Positions 42,797 through 53,908 are shown, numbered from the stretch's first letter. The stretch: 64,000 nt of DNA from Sphingomonadaceae bacterium (GCA_002863155.1 PKED01000047.1:10674-74673); one strand, 5' to 3'. Program-made: numbers and translations. The notes: generated by a model not told the origin, from the letters alone.

Positions 42797-43767
42797 CCGA
42801 GCCGACCCATCACGACACGCGCGCCCGGCGGCATGCCGATCTGGGCCGGATCGCCCAGCGCGCCGCGATCGCCAGCGTCGCGACGGCGACGCTGCTGCTC
42901 GGCGTGAAGGGGTTTGCCGCGTTCCACACCGGATCGGTGGCGCTGCTGGCGTCGCTTGCCGATAGCGGGCTCGATCTCGTCGCGTCGCTGATGACGCTGT
43001 TCGGGGTGCGGCTGGCGGCGCAGCCGGCCGATCACGATCACCGTTTCGGCCATGGCAAGGCAGAGGCGCTGGTTGCGCTCGTGCAAGTCGCGCTGATCGC
43101 CGCGTCGGCGCTGGCGGTGTGTTCGCGCGCGGTCGGCCAGTTGCTCGGCGCGCAGCCGATCGAGGATATCCGCCTGGGGATCGTCGCCTCGCTGGTCGCA
43201 ATCGCCGCAACGGTGGTGCTGATCGCCTATCAGCGGCATGTGATCGCACGGACCGGATCGGTCGCGATCAAGACCGATCACATGCATTATCAGTCCGATC
43301 TGGCGATCAACGGCGCCGTCGTCGTCGCGCTGTTGCTGGAGGAGCGGCTGGGGCTGATGGGCGCCGACGCGCTGTTCGGGATCGGCATCGCGGTCTGGCT
43401 GCTGCGCGGCGCGTGGCGCGGATCGAGCGAAGCGATCGACCAGCTGATGGACAAGGAATGGCCCGAGGCCAAGCGTCGCCGCTTCGTTGAGGTCGCCAGC
43501 CGCCATCCCGAGCTGAAGGGGCTGCACGACCTGCGCACGCGTACCAGCGGCGCCACCGATTTCGTCCAGTTTCACATGTGGATGGACCCGGCGATGACCG
43601 TCGCCGAAGCGCACGAAGTGGTCGAGGACATCGAACGGCGGCTGGCGATCGAGTTTCCCGGGACCGAAATCCTGATCCATATCGACCCCGAAGGGCAGGT
43701 GGATCATCCCGGCAATCCGCTGGTCGAAGCCGACGAGATCGCCAAACTGAGAGGAGACGCCGCATGA
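42793..43767 (+). CDS. Cation diffusion facilitator (FieF-like)
   Basis: [26 protein letters not shown], cytoplasmic domain with HIDP. Confidence 0.92.
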   Translation: MTEPTHHDTRARRHADLGRIAQRAAIASVATATLLLGVKGFAAFHTGSVALLASLADSGLDLVASLMTLFGVRLAAQPADHDHRFGHGKAEALVALVQVALIAASALAVCSRAVGQLLGAQPIEDIRLGIVASLVAIAATVVLIAYQRHVIARTGSVAIKTDHMHYQSDLAINGAVVVALLLEERLGLMGADALFGIGIAVWLLRGAWRGSSEAIDQLMDKEWPEAKRRRFVEVASRHPELKGLHDLRTRTSGATDFVQFHMWMDPAMTVAEAHEVVEDIERRLAIEFPGTEILIHIDPEGQVDHPGNPLVEADEIAKLRGDAA

Positions 43768-44561
43768 CGCGCTTGCCGATCGTCCAGATCGATGCCTTTG
43801 CCGACCGGCCGTTCACCGGCAATGCGGCGGCGGTGATGCCGCTCGACGCCTGGCTCGACGATGGCGTGCTCCAGGCCATCGCTCAGGAGAACAACCTTAG
43901 CGAGACCGCCTTTCTGGTGAAGGACGCGACCGGCGCGACGGATTACGAACTGCGCTGGTTCACGCCCGCGGCCGAAGTCGTGCTGTGCGGCCACGCGACG
44001 CTGGCGAGCGGGCATTATCTGCTCGGCCAGGACGCAGCGCGGGATCGGGTGACGTTCCGCACGCGCAAGGCGGGGACGCTGTCGGTCGCGCGCGCCGCCA
44101 AGGGCTATGAGCTCGGCCTCCCGGCATGGGCGCCGCAGCCGCGGCCGCTGCCCGACATCGTCGCCGCCCTTCGCATCGATCGCGCGTCCGCGACATTGTG
44201 GCACGATTCCGGCTATGCGCTGATCGTCGTCGAGGATGCAGCGACGGTGCGTGGCCTGGCGCCCGACCTTGGTGCCCTGGCTGCGCTCGGTCCGCTCGTC
44301 GCGATCGTCACCGCGCCGGGGGACGAGACCGACGTGATCAGCCGGGTCTTCACCCCCTATTACGATATCCCCGAAGACCCGGTGACCGGATCGGCGCATG
44401 CGGTCCTGACGCCCTATTGGGCCGCGCGGCTGGAGCGCGACCGGTTCACCGCATATCAGGCATCCAAGCGGGGCGGTCATGTCGCCTGTCGGCTCGAGGG
44501 CGACAGGGTCGTGTTGGGCGGCAGCTGCGTGACGGTGCTGGAGGGAATTTTCCTGCTCTGA
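43764..44561 (+). CDS. PhzF family epimerase/isomerase
   Basis: QIDAF, GNAAAV, LSETAF, WFTPAAEVVLCGHATLA, EDPVTGSAH. Confidence 0.92.
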   Translation: MTRLPIVQIDAFADRPFTGNAAAVMPLDAWLDDGVLQAIAQENNLSETAFLVKDATGATDYELRWFTPAAEVVLCGHATLASGHYLLGQDAARDRVTFRTRKAGTLSVARAAKGYELGLPAWAPQPRPLPDIVAALRIDRASATLWHDSGYALIVVEDAATVRGLAPDLGALAALGPLVAIVTAPGDETDVISRVFTPYYDIPEDPVTGSAHAVLTPYWAARLERDRFTAYQASKRGGHVACRLEGDRVVLGGSCVTVLEGIFLL

Positions 44562-44565
44562 CGGG

Positions 44566-45762
44566 TCAGACGGCGGCGCCCGCTGCGGCGCCACTCGCCC
44601 AGGCCCATTGGAAGTTGTAGCCGCCGAGCCACCCCGTCACGTCGACCGCTTCGCCGATCGCGAACAGGCCGGGCAGCTTGCGCGCCATCATCGTCTGCGA
44701 CGACAGGCCGTCGGTGGAGATGCCGCCGACGGTGACTTCGGCCTTGGCGAAACCCTCGGTCCCGCTCGGCTGGAAGCGCCAGTCCTTCAGTCGCCGGGCC
44801 GCGTCCGACAGAGCGTGGTCGGGCAGGTTGGCGAGGTCGCCGGCCAGACCCAGCCGGTGGGCGAGCGCTTCGGCCAGCCGCGTCGGCAGCGTTGCCGCGA
44901 GCGCCGCCTTCACGGTGCTGCGCGGGCGCGCGCGCTTGGCCGCTGTCAGCCAGTCTGCCCCGGCATCGGGCACGAAATCGATCGCGACGCTCTCGCCGTG
45001 CCGCCAATAGCTCGATGTCTGCAGGATCGCGGGCCCGGAAAGACCGCGATGGGTGAACAGCGCCGCCTCGCGAAACGAAGCCTTGCCCGCACGGGCAACG
45101 ACTTCGGTCGCGACGCCCGACAGCGACTGGAACAGCGCTTCCGCGCCGCCGAGCGTCAGCGGCACCAGCGCCGGGCGCGGCTCGACCACCTTCAGCCCGA
45201 ATTTTCGCGCAAGATCGTAGGCGAAGCCGGTCGCGCCCAGCTTCGGGATGGCTGGGCCGCCGGTCGCGATGACGAGCGCGGGCGCGACGTCGGTGCGGCT
45301 GCCATGGCGCACGTGGAAGCATCCGTCGGCGTGGGCGACGTCGCGCACCGGCTGGCCGAATGCGAAGTCGACGCCTGCGCATTCGGCGATCAGCATCGCC
45401 ACGATCTGTCGTGCCGATCCGTCGCAGAACAGCTGGCCCAGCGTCTTTTCGTGCCAGGCGATGCCGTGCGCGTCGACCAGCGCGATGAAGTCGTGCGGGC
45501 CGTATCGGCCCAGCGCGGATTTGGCGAAATGCGGATTCGCCGAAAGAAAGCGATCGGGTGCCGTGCCCAGATTGGTGAAGTTGCACCGTCCGCCGCCCGA
45601 GATCAGGATCTTGCGCCCCGGCTCGGCATTATGGTCGATCAGCAATACCCGCCGGCCGCGCTGATGCGCGACGCGTGCCGCCATCATCCCTGCAGCGCCC
45701 GCGCCCAGCACGATCACGTCATAGGCGGGCGGCGTGGCTATTCGGGTGTGCCCCAGTACCAC
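44566..45762 (-). CDS. HI0933/YhiN-family flavoprotein
   Basis: GAGAAG, GRKILISGGGRCNFTN, LFTHRGLSGPA, GWLGGYNFQWAWASG; start uncertain. Confidence 0.92.
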   Translation of the reverse strand: MVLGHTRIATPPAYDVIVLGAGAAGMMAARVAHQRGRRVLLIDHNAEPGRKILISGGGRCNFTNLGTAPDRFLSANPHFAKSALGRYGPHDFIALVDAHGIAWHEKTLGQLFCDGSARQIVAMLIAECAGVDFAFGQPVRDVAHADGCFHVRHGSRTDVAPALVIATGGPAIPKLGATGFAYDLARKFGLKVVEPRPALVPLTLGGAEALFQSLSGVATEVVARAGKASFREAALFTHRGLSGPAILQTSSYWRHGESVAIDFVPDAGADWLTAAKRARPRSTVKAALAATLPTRLAEALAHRLGLAGDLANLPDHALSDAARRLKDWRFQPSGTEGFAKAEVTVGGISTDGLSSQTMMARKLPGLFAIGEAVDVTGWLGGYNFQWAWASGAAAGAAV

Positions 45763-46313
45763 ATGCGCTGGAATTCGCGCTGGCCGTCGAGGAACTGGTG
45801 CTTCAGCGCGCCGAGGATGTGCAGCCCGACCAGCAGATAGATCAGCTTGCCGATGATGTCGTGCGCCTCGCCAAAGCCATCATGCACGGCTAGCTTGGTC
45901 GCCGGATCGAGCGCCATGATGAAGCCGATCCGTGGCCATTCGAACAGCCCGAACAGGTACATCGGGTTGGCGGCGGCGTCCTTCCAGGCCGAATCCATGA
46001 TCCACCCGGTCAGCGGCATCGCGAAGATAAGGACGTACAGGGCGATGTGCGTCCAGTGCGATAGCCGCACTTCCCATGCCTTGAATCCGGTCGGCAGCGC
46101 GGGCGGTTGGTGCGTCAGCCGCCACAGCAACCGCATGATCGCCAGGCCGAGCACGGTGATGCCGAGCGATTTGTGCAGGTCGATCAGCGGCCGCACCTGC
46201 GCGTCGGCGACATTGGGCCAGATCCACACCAGCGCGATGTTGGTGATGATGCCGATCGCGATCAGCCAGTGAAACGTAATGGCAAGACCGGTGTAGCGGC
46301 GATCGTTCATCAT
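45738..46313 (-). CDS. Cytochrome b561-like (YceJ/CybB) diheme membrane protein
   Basis: FHW, LHKSLG, HIALY...PLTGW, HILGALKHQF; GGAG RBS. Confidence 0.9.
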   Translation of the reverse strand: MMNDRRYTGLAITFHWLIAIGIITNIALVWIWPNVADAQVRPLIDLHKSLGITVLGLAIMRLLWRLTHQPPALPTGFKAWEVRLSHWTHIALYVLIFAMPLTGWIMDSAWKDAAANPMYLFGLFEWPRIGFIMALDPATKLAVHDGFGEAHDIIGKLIYLLVGLHILGALKHQFLDGQREFQRMWYWGTPE

Positions 46314-46415
46314 CGTCTCCTCGGCTCTTCTATGGCATCTCGCCACTGGCGATCCAAGGCGGTACTTCCTACCTAGGCGCGGTCACCGTTTCACCTTCCG
46401 ATCGCGGGAACCCTG

Positions 46416-47864
46416 TTGCCAGCGCTTGCCCGCCTTACCCAGACGCTTGCCGCTCAGTCGCCGCGATTTTCGCCGCGTCCAGCGCGCTGGCCGAGCTATG
46501 CGATCGCGGCGAGCGCGGTGCTGTTACTGATCGTGCTGGTGGCGCAGGCATTCTTCCGGCAAAGCCTTGCGAGCTGGTCGGTCGGGTTGGCTTATATCGG
46601 GTACGATACCGCGCTGCTGACGTTCACCGCGCTGCACAGCTGGCGGCTCATGCGACCGATGCCGGTCCACGCCGTCCCGGCCTCCCGGCCGACGCTGGGG
46701 GTGATTGTCGCCGCACATAACGAGGCAGGCGTGCTCGGCACCACGATCGATCAGCTGGCGAGCGCCGACGACCCGCCCGACCTGATTCTGATCGCCGATG
46801 ACGGGTCGACCGACGGCACCGCGGCGCTGATGGCCGAGCGTTACGGGCTCGCGCCCCCCGAACTTGGCGGTATCAGCCCGCCGTCGGCAACGATTCCTGC
46901 GCTCCGCTGGTTGCGGCTTCCCCATGGCGGCAAGGCGCGGGCGCTGAATGCGGCGATCGTGGAGGCCGATACCGAAATCGTCCTGACCGTCGATGCCGAT
47001 ACGCTGCTCGACCGGGGAGCGCTGGCGGCGATGCGGGCGTCGTTCGCCGACGAGGCCGAACTGGTCGCCGCGACCGGCGTGCTGACGCCGATCTGCGGTC
47101 CGTCGCTGTCGGGGCGCGCGTTCCAGTGGTTCCAGACCTATGAATATGTCCGCAATTTCCTGTCGCGCTATGCCTGGATGCAGGCGCACAGCCTGTTGCT
47201 GATCTCGGGCGCGTTTGCCGCGTTCCGGCGCGAGGCGTTATTGACGGTCGGCGGGTTCGACCCCGATTGCCTGGTCGAGGATTATGAGCTGATCCACCGC
47301 CTGCACCGGCATGCCGCCGACCGCGGGCTCGACTGGCGCGTGCGGGTGATCGGCGCGGCGCAGGCGCGGACCGATGCGCCCGCGTCGATAATCGGCTTCC
47401 TGAAGCAGCGGCGGCGCTGGTTCGGCGGGTTCCTCCAGACCCAATATTGGAACCGCGACATGATCGGCAATGCCCGCTTCGGCACGCTCGGCACCGCGCA
47501 CATGCCGGTCAAGACGCTCGATACGCTCCAGCCGATTTACGGGCTGGCGGCCTTTGCGATCCTGGTCGGGCTGGTCGTGACCGGACGCTTCACGATCGCA
47601 TTGCCGATCCTGATCGTGATGATCGCGAAGATCGTCATCGACCTTGCTTTCCTGCTCTGGTCGCTGCGGCTTTATCGGCGCTGGACGGGCAGGGATGAGG
47701 GGCTGTCGGCAGGCGGGGCACTGCTTGCCGCGATGCTCGAGCCGTTCAGCTTCCAGTTGCTGCGTCACGCCGGCGCGATCTGGGGATGGCACGCTTTCCT
47801 GACCGGGCGCGAAAGCTGGGGACGGCAGCGGCGCACCGCGATCAAAGGGGCGGCGGTCGAATAG
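46416..47864 (+). CDS. Membrane-bound processive glycosyltransferase family 2
   Basis: DDGSTD, GKARALN, VDAD, VED, KQRRRW; flanking TM helices; TTG start. Confidence 0.88.
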   Translation: MPALARLTQTLAAQSPRFSPRPARWPSYAIAASAVLLLIVLVAQAFFRQSLASWSVGLAYIGYDTALLTFTALHSWRLMRPMPVHAVPASRPTLGVIVAAHNEAGVLGTTIDQLASADDPPDLILIADDGSTDGTAALMAERYGLAPPELGGISPPSATIPALRWLRLPHGGKARALNAAIVEADTEIVLTVDADTLLDRGALAAMRASFADEAELVAATGVLTPICGPSLSGRAFQWFQTYEYVRNFLSRYAWMQAHSLLLISGAFAAFRREALLTVGGFDPDCLVEDYELIHRLHRHAADRGLDWRVRVIGAAQARTDAPASIIGFLKQRRRWFGGFLQTQYWNRDMIGNARFGTLGTAHMPVKTLDTLQPIYGLAAFAILVGLVVTGRFTIALPILIVMIAKIVIDLAFLLWSLRLYRRWTGRDEGLSAGGALLAAMLEPFSFQLLRHAGAIWGWHAFLTGRESWGRQRRTAIKGAAVE

Positions 47865-47867
47865 GCG

Positions 47868-49223
47868 CTATAGAACAATACCGATCAGCAGTGTCGCGTT
47901 GAGCGCGATCACCAGTCCCGCGACGCCCCAGGCGAGGATGTGCAGCCAGTCCGGACTGACGAGCGTACCCATCACGGTCCGGTCACCGGTAAAGCTGACC
48001 AGGGGCACGATTGCGAACGGCAGCTGCAGGCTCAAAATGACCTGGCTCAGCACCAGCAGATCGGTCGCGCCGCGATCACCCAGCCATGCAACCACGATCA
48101 CGGCGGGAACGATCGCGAGCAGGCGTGTCGCCAATCGTCGCAACCAAACCGGCAGTTTCAGGTCGAGAAACCCCTCGGCGACGATCTGACCGGCCAAGGT
48201 GCCGGTGATCGTCGAATTCTGACCCGAAGCGAGCAGCGCAACTGCAAAGACGACGCTTGCGGCGCCCGCGCCCAGCATGGGGCTGAGCAGGCGATATGCC
48301 TGGTCGATATCGGTCACGTCGGTGCGGCCCGCCTGATGAAAGGTCGCCGCCGCAAGGATCAGGATCGCGGCGTTGATGAACAGCGCGAGCCCCAGCGCGA
48401 TCGTCGAATCGAGCACGGCAAGGCGTGCAGCCTGTCGCTTGCCCTCGGCGTCGCGGGCAAAGGCGCGGGTCTGGACGATCGAGGAATGCAGATAGAGATT
48501 GTGCGGCATCACCGTCGCGCCAAGGATGCCGATGGCGATATAGAGCATCGCCGGATCGGTCGCGATTTCGCCATCGGGGATCAGGCCGGCGGCGATTGCC
48601 GCGATGTCGGGCTGGGCGATCGCGAGTTCATAGGCGAAGCAGCCCGCGATCACCACCAGCAGGGTGACGATGAACGCTTCGAGCAGCCGGAAACCCCAAT
48701 GCTGGAGCATCAGGATCAGCAGCACGTCGAATCCGGTGAGCACTACGCCAGCGATCAGCGGCAGCCCGAACAGCAGCTTGAGCGCGATCGCGGTGCCCAG
48801 CACTTCGGCAAGATCGCAGGCGATGATCGCCAGCTCGCACAACAGCCAGAGCAGCAGGTTTACCGGGCGCGGATAGCGTGCGCGGCATGCCTGGGCGAGG
48901 TCCATGCCGCTCGCGATGCCAAGCCGCGCGGCAAGCGCCTGGAGCAGCATCGCCATCAGGTTGGCGAGCAGGATGACGCTCAGCAGGCGGTAGCCGAACG
49001 CCGATCCGCCGGCGATGTCGGTCGCCCAGTTGCCCGGGTCCATATAGCCGACCGCGACCAGATAGCCCGGCCCCGAAAAGGCGAACAGCCGCCGCCAGAA
49101 GCCGATGCCGGGCCCCGGCACGGCCACGCTGCGATGGCTTTCGCTCAACGAGGCGCGGACGGCGACTGCCGGTTCGGCGATGGCGCCGGCCGGATTGTGC
49201 GCGAAGGGCGGGGGCGGGGCCAT
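47868..49223 (-). CDS. mntH: Nramp divalent metal (Mn2+) transporter
   Basis: [46 protein letters not shown]. Confidence 0.95.
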   Translation of the reverse strand: MAPPPPFAHNPAGAIAEPAVAVRASLSESHRSVAVPGPGIGFWRRLFAFSGPGYLVAVGYMDPGNWATDIAGGSAFGYRLLSVILLANLMAMLLQALAARLGIASGMDLAQACRARYPRPVNLLLWLLCELAIIACDLAEVLGTAIALKLLFGLPLIAGVVLTGFDVLLILMLQHWGFRLLEAFIVTLLVVIAGCFAYELAIAQPDIAAIAAGLIPDGEIATDPAMLYIAIGILGATVMPHNLYLHSSIVQTRAFARDAEGKRQAARLAVLDSTIALGLALFINAAILILAAATFHQAGRTDVTDIDQAYRLLSPMLGAGAASVVFAVALLASGQNSTITGTLAGQIVAEGFLDLKLPVWLRRLATRLLAIVPAVIVVAWLGDRGATDLLVLSQVILSLQLPFAIVPLVSFTGDRTVMGTLVSPDWLHILAWGVAGLVIALNATLLIGIVL

Positions 49224-49285
49224 GGTGCACCATTTGGCGCGAAACGGCGCCGATACATAGCCCCGTCTTCGCCGTTGATCGCGAA

Positions 49286-50164
49286 TTATCCGCGCGCGCC
49301 GTTCACTCGCGTCATCACCGCGTCGAGCTTGGCGAGCATGGCGGGATTGCGTCGCGCCGGGTCGGTGATGAGTGCTGCGTCGAGCACCGTGTCGATCGGC
49401 GAGGGCGCGCGTTCGGGCGGCAGCGACGCGAGGAAGGCGGCGACCGTGCGCCGGGCGAGATCGCCATTGGCGTGCATCTGGGCGATCACCTCGCTCACCT
49501 CGACATGCGCTTCGCTTTCGCGCCAGCAGTCATAGTCGGTGACCATGCCGATCAGCGCATAGGGCAGCTCGGCCTCTCGTGCGAGCTTGGCCTCGGGCAT
49601 CGCGGTCATGCCGATCACGTCCGCACCCCATTGCCGATAGAGCAGGCTTTCGGCGCGGCTGGAGAATTGCGGGCCCTCCATCGCAAGATAGGTCGCACCT
49701 TCGCTCATCGCGCCGCCGGCCGTCCGGACTGCCTTCGCGGCGAGTGCCGAGAGGCGCGGGCAAACCGGCTCCGCCATAGAGACATGCGCCACCATGCCGG
49801 TGCCGAAGAAGCTCGATGCGCGCGCGACGGTGCGATCGATGAACTGTTCGACGATCACGAACCGGCCGGGTTCGAGTTCCTCGCGCAGCGAACCGATCGA
49901 CGAGATGGCGAGGATGTCGGTGCAGCCGCTGCGCTTCAGCGCATCGATGTTGGCGCGGGCGTTGAGCTCACTCGGCGGGATCACATGGCCGCGACCGTGG
50001 CGTGGCAGGAACACGATATTGACGCGGCCGACCCGCCCGAACAGCAGCTGGTCCGACGGCATGCCCCATGGCGTTTCGACCGCGCGCCACTCGGCGTCTT
50101 GCAGCCCCTCGATCGCATAGAGGCCGGAGCCGCCGATAATGCCGATTGTCCAGTCACCATTCAT
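49286..50164 (-). CDS. mtnP: S-methyl-5'-thioadenosine phosphorylase
   Basis: [57 protein letters not shown]. Confidence 0.93.
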   Translation of the reverse strand: MNGDWTIGIIGGSGLYAIEGLQDAEWRAVETPWGMPSDQLLFGRVGRVNIVFLPRHGRGHVIPPSELNARANIDALKRSGCTDILAISSIGSLREELEPGRFVIVEQFIDRTVARASSFFGTGMVAHVSMAEPVCPRLSALAAKAVRTAGGAMSEGATYLAMEGPQFSSRAESLLYRQWGADVIGMTAMPEAKLAREAELPYALIGMVTDYDCWRESEAHVEVSEVIAQMHANGDLARRTVAAFLASLPPERAPSPIDTVLDAALITDPARRNPAMLAKLDAVMTRVNGARG

Positions 50165-50211
50165 GCTGTTACTCCGAATTGAATCCGATACGTCAGAAAA
50201 GGACATTGCCG

Positions 50212-50631
50212 ATGCGGTCGATCGCTGCCCTTGGGGTGCTTGCCCATGCCATGCTGTTGCCCGCCGCCGCTCATGCCGCCGAGCCGATCACAGGGCAATG
50301 GCTGACGAAGGAAGGCAAGGCGATTGTCGCGATCGAGCCGTGCGGTAAGCAGCTGTGCGGTCGCATCGCCAGGGTGATCAAGCCCAACCCCGGCGGCCAC
50401 GGCGTCGATGAACGCAACCCCAATCCGGCGCTGCGGAACCGCCCGATCGTGGGTTTGCCGGTGCTGTCCGGTTTCAGCGATGCCGGACGGGACTGGCGCG
50501 GCCGGATCTACGACCCCGAAGCGGGGAAGGAATATCGCTCGATCGTCAAGAAGCTGCCGGACGGCACGCTGCAGGTGCAGGGGTGCATCGCCTTTTTCTG
50601 CCAGTCACAGACCTGGAAACCGGCGAAATAG
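50212..50631 (+). CDS. DUF2147 domain exported protein
   Basis: GQWLT, CGKQLCGRI, D..NP.P.LRNRP..G, GRIYDPEAGKEY, GCIAFFCQSQTW. Confidence 0.9.
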   Translation: MRSIAALGVLAHAMLLPAAAHAAEPITGQWLTKEGKAIVAIEPCGKQLCGRIARVIKPNPGGHGVDERNPNPALRNRPIVGLPVLSGFSDAGRDWRGRIYDPEAGKEYRSIVKKLPDGTLQVQGCIAFFCQSQTWKPAK

Positions 50632-50655
50632 CCGATGCCCCTTGAAAGGCGCTGC

Positions 50656-52452
50656 TCAGAAGGTGAGCGGCGTCTGCGATTTGGCTGCAACGCGGCGGAT
50701 CAGCGCGTCGTCTTCTTCGCGACCCGGCAGCTGAGCATAATTGAAAAAGGCATTGACCCGGTCATAGTCTGATGTTCGTGTCGTTCCGTAAGGCTGGATC
50801 AATTCCTGATCGAGCGCCTCTTCGTGCAGATACAGGCTCATGCGGAAGAAATTGGCGGTGATCCGCTTGAAAGCCTCCAGCTGCTTGGCCTTGATCGTTG
50901 GGCTGACGGCTGAATTGCCGGGGCTGTTCCAGCGCGTCGGCGTCGCCCGATTATAGCCGGCGAAATAGTTGAAGCTCAGCATATAGGGTGGCGGTGCTTT
51001 GCCCCAGGCGGCGTCGGGGCGATAGCTGGCGGCGACCAGCCGCATCCCCGTCTGCAATGTGCGATGAATGAACATATCCTGTCGCCACATCGCGGCCTGG
51101 AGATATTCGCCCACCAAGGTCGAATTCGACTGGCTGATCCGTGTTTGCGCCGGATCGAGGGTCGCGCCCAGCATGAACCACGAAAGCTGCAGGTCGTCGA
51201 GCATGGCGTCAGCGCGCAACTGCGGCTCGACGCTGTCCAGCACAAAGGACGGATAGCCGAGCAGCCTCATGACATCGCGCGCATTATCCTGTCCCTTGTT
51301 GCCGACACCGCCGAGGCTGGCGTCGCTCGGCCGGAATGCCGATCGGGCGGCTTCGCCGATTTCCCACCAGGGATTGGGCAGGAAGCGCGGCATTTTTTCC
51401 CCACTCGGGTTGGAAAGAACGGGCTGATTGGCAAAACTCGTCCTGAACGGTTCCTCCGAAGCCAGATAAGCCAGCGCCATACCATTGCGCATGAAACCGG
51501 CGTTCCCCGCCGCTTTTGCGCGAAGGCCGTGATGCCCCAGGAGTGTGGATTTGAACTTGGCAGCGGCAAACCGCTCGACTTTGGCCGCGTCTGCCGGGTC
51601 ATACGGCGTCGGCGCGGTGAAGGACTGGGTCATCTTGTCGACAGAGAAGTAAAGCGTCCAAAAGTTGTAGTCGCTCGGATCGTTCAGATATTTGTCCTGA
51701 AGCGCGAGCCACGCCGATTCATAGCCGGGCTTTGCCACGCGAGCGATATCGGTGACCCAGTCGTTGATGGTGCCTTCCTGTGCGCCGTGGGCAAGATCGG
51801 CCGACCAGAGCGGGAACTGGATTCCGATCTTCATCCGGCTGAAGTCGACGTTGAGCAGTTCATCGCGAGCACGTTTCGCATCGGCCAGCGACCGGATCGG
51901 CGTAGCGCCGCTCAGAGTCGGCAGGAAGCTTGCCATCTCGTCGCCAAGTGCTGCGTCGCGCTCGATACTGGTCGCGCCCGGCAGGACGGCGCCACCGGGC
52001 TGGAACGGGCGGAAGGTCCGCGGATCTTCCGGTGCCAAGGCATAGCGTGCGCGGACTGCACTAATGCCGGCGACAAGGGCGTTCGCTTCTGCTTCGCTTG
52101 CGCCGTCGATCTGCGCGCGTCGGATAGTGTCGGCAACGCTGGTGCCGATCCGTGCGAGATCGAAAAAGTCCGGCCCATGGCATGAAGCGCAGCTGCCCTT
52201 GACGCGCGGTGCGCGCCACATCGCAAGCGCCGTCGCATAGGTTTCAGTAGGAAGCTGCTTGGTGATGGTGCCGGACGGCAAGATGGGTGATGAAAAGCTG
52301 GTGAGCGATGGCGCCGCGCCGCTCACGATGGCGAAAGGGGAACTGCCGCTTCTTTTAACGGTTGCGGCAAATGCGGCCAGCGACAGTAAGGATACACCGC
52401 CGATTACTGCAAGCTTCGATGCCTTAGCTTTGCCGTAACGCCTCTTTTCCAC
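50656..52452 (-). CDS. Large exported hypothetical protein with one c-type heme motif
   Basis: Basic plus hydrophobic N-terminus, Ser/Pro linker, then KGSCASCHGPD; start uncertain (GTG 52452 chosen; ORF open to 52503). Confidence 0.8.
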   Translation of the reverse strand: MEKRRYGKAKASKLAVIGGVSLLSLAAFAATVKRSGSSPFAIVSGAAPSLTSFSSPILPSGTITKQLPTETYATALAMWRAPRVKGSCASCHGPDFFDLARIGTSVADTIRRAQIDGASEAEANALVAGISAVRARYALAPEDPRTFRPFQPGGAVLPGATSIERDAALGDEMASFLPTLSGATPIRSLADAKRARDELLNVDFSRMKIGIQFPLWSADLAHGAQEGTINDWVTDIARVAKPGYESAWLALQDKYLNDPSDYNFWTLYFSVDKMTQSFTAPTPYDPADAAKVERFAAAKFKSTLLGHHGLRAKAAGNAGFMRNGMALAYLASEEPFRTSFANQPVLSNPSGEKMPRFLPNPWWEIGEAARSAFRPSDASLGGVGNKGQDNARDVMRLLGYPSFVLDSVEPQLRADAMLDDLQLSWFMLGATLDPAQTRISQSNSTLVGEYLQAAMWRQDMFIHRTLQTGMRLVAASYRPDAAWGKAPPPYMLSFNYFAGYNRATPTRWNSPGNSAVSPTIKAKQLEAFKRITANFFRMSLYLHEEALDQELIQPYGTTRTSDYDRVNAFFNYAQLPGREEDDALIRRVAAKSQTPLTF

Positions 52453-52651
52453 GGATAATTGCCCTCCGGATTCGGTGTTTTCCCGCGTCGGTTTTCGCCG
52501 CACCAGGCCGAACCCGAGTTCAACAAGATCACTGAAGATCGGAGTAAGGCTAAATTTCGGCGACGGCTTGAGTGGGCGCTTGTAATGGACCGGCCATCAG
52601 CGCTCAGGCAGTTCGCATGGCCTTATCGATTGGGAGCGGATTTCCCGAAAA

Positions 52652-53236
52652 CTAACGCTTGTCAGGAATGACGACCGTCTTCTGCGCGGTGCATGCCCTG
52701 GTGGCATAGGCCTCGGCATAAGGCCGGTCGAAGCACTTCAGGAAACCGTCGAGCACGTTGAGATTGAGCGGCCAGTCGATCGGGACATCCTGGCCGTTGA
52801 TCTTGAAGCTGGGCAGGTCGCGGGGCTTCGGCAATGCCGCCAGCCTATCCCGCGCCCGTTGCAGCGCGGGCCGATCATGACGCAGAAACGCGATGCTGCC
52901 GTCGACATAATGGTTCCAGCCGATGCCGTCGTCGGCCGGTGGCTTGCGCGCCAGATTGAACAGCGCGATCGCAGCGGCGGTTTCACTTAGAAACGCACGC
53001 ATTTGCCCTTCGTGCCAGAACAGGATCGACGAGTTCTTGCGCGGTTTTGCCTCCCGATAATCGCGCAAGAGATCAGCAGCCTCGGCGCGGCAGCCGCGCT
53101 GTTCAAGCGCGCGCCAGCCGCCGGTCAGATCCTGATCAAATTCTTGTTCGCCAAGCGCCAGCAGTGCGGCTCGATCGAAGCTGCAATCCGCCTCAGGCTT
53201 GGGAACCGCCGCAAGCAACAGGGTGAACCACATCAC
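52652..53236 (-). CDS. Hypothetical exported protein (possibly helical/TPR-like)
   Basis: Short hydrophobic N-terminus; three Cys; fills the gap downstream of the AlkA-like gene. Confidence 0.65.
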   Translation of the reverse strand: MMWFTLLLAAVPKPEADCSFDRAALLALGEQEFDQDLTGGWRALEQRGCRAEAADLLRDYREAKPRKNSSILFWHEGQMRAFLSETAAAIALFNLARKPPADDGIGWNHYVDGSIAFLRHDRPALQRARDRLAALPKPRDLPSFKINGQDVPIDWPLNLNVLDGFLKCFDRPYAEAYATRACTAQKTVVIPDKR

Positions 53237-53284
53237 GAGCTTCCTTCGACCCCGCTTGCATTGCCGTCATTCGCGTTGACGGGC

Positions 53285-53908
53285 TTAGACGACCGCCATG
53301 TCGACCTTGTAATGGTGCCACGCCATGATGGCTGCCGCCCCCCGATGAGGACGCCACGGCTCGGCAAGCGCACGAGTCGCCTTTTCGGTTGGGCGCGCAT
53401 CCAGCCCCAGAATGCGGCCGATCTCGATCTGCACCGCCAGATCCCCGGCAGGCCAGATATCGGGCCGTCCTTCGGCAAACAGCAGGTAGATCTCCGCCGA
53501 CCAGCGGCCGATGCCCTTGATGCTGGACAGCAGCACGATCGCTTCCTCATCGTCGGCCGGCAGCGCACCCAGATCGACACGCCCGCTCGACACCGCTTCG
53601 GCGAGGCTGTGCGCATAGCTTGCCTTCTGCCGCGACAGGCCGAACGGCCGCAGCTCATCGATACTGACGGCGGTCAGCGTTGCCGGATCGTCGAGATTGC
53701 CGAGCCCCGCTTCGAGCTTTGCCCAGATCGATTGCGCGGCGGCGACGCTGACCTGCTGGCCGACGATCGTGCGCAGGAGCGTGCCATAACCGCGATCGCG
53801 GATGCGTGGCGGCGGGTAGCCCGCGCGCGCGATCGCCGCGGCCATCGCGGGCTCGATCCTCGCGACGGCGTCGAGGCACGTCTTCAGTTGCTCGGCAGTC
53901 AGGCCCAT
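53285..53908 (-). CDS. DNA-3-methyladenine glycosylase II (AlkA-like HhH-GPD)
   Basis: LLRTIVGQQVS, GLSRQKA, IKGIGRWSAE, WPAGDLA, WRPHRG. Confidence 0.9.
   Translation of the reverse strand: MGLTAEQLKTCLDAVARIEPAMAAAIARAGYPPPRIRDRGYGTLLRTIVGQQVSVAAAQSIWAKLEAGLGNLDDPATLTAVSIDELRPFGLSRQKASYAHSLAEAVSSGRVDLGALPADDEEAIVLLSSIKGIGRWSAEIYLLFAEGRPDIWPAGDLAVQIEIGRILGLDARPTEKATRALAEPWRPHRGAAAIMAWHHYKVDMAVV

Noticed and set aside
49224-49285. Mn-sensing yybP-ykoY riboswitch upstream of mntH
   Set aside because: The gap is only about 60 bp and lacks the conserved elements.
52510-52521. GAAC-N4-GTTC palindrome upstream of the heme protein gene
   Set aside because: Matches the Gram-positive LexA box, not the alphaproteobacterial direct-repeat box; short enough to occur by chance.
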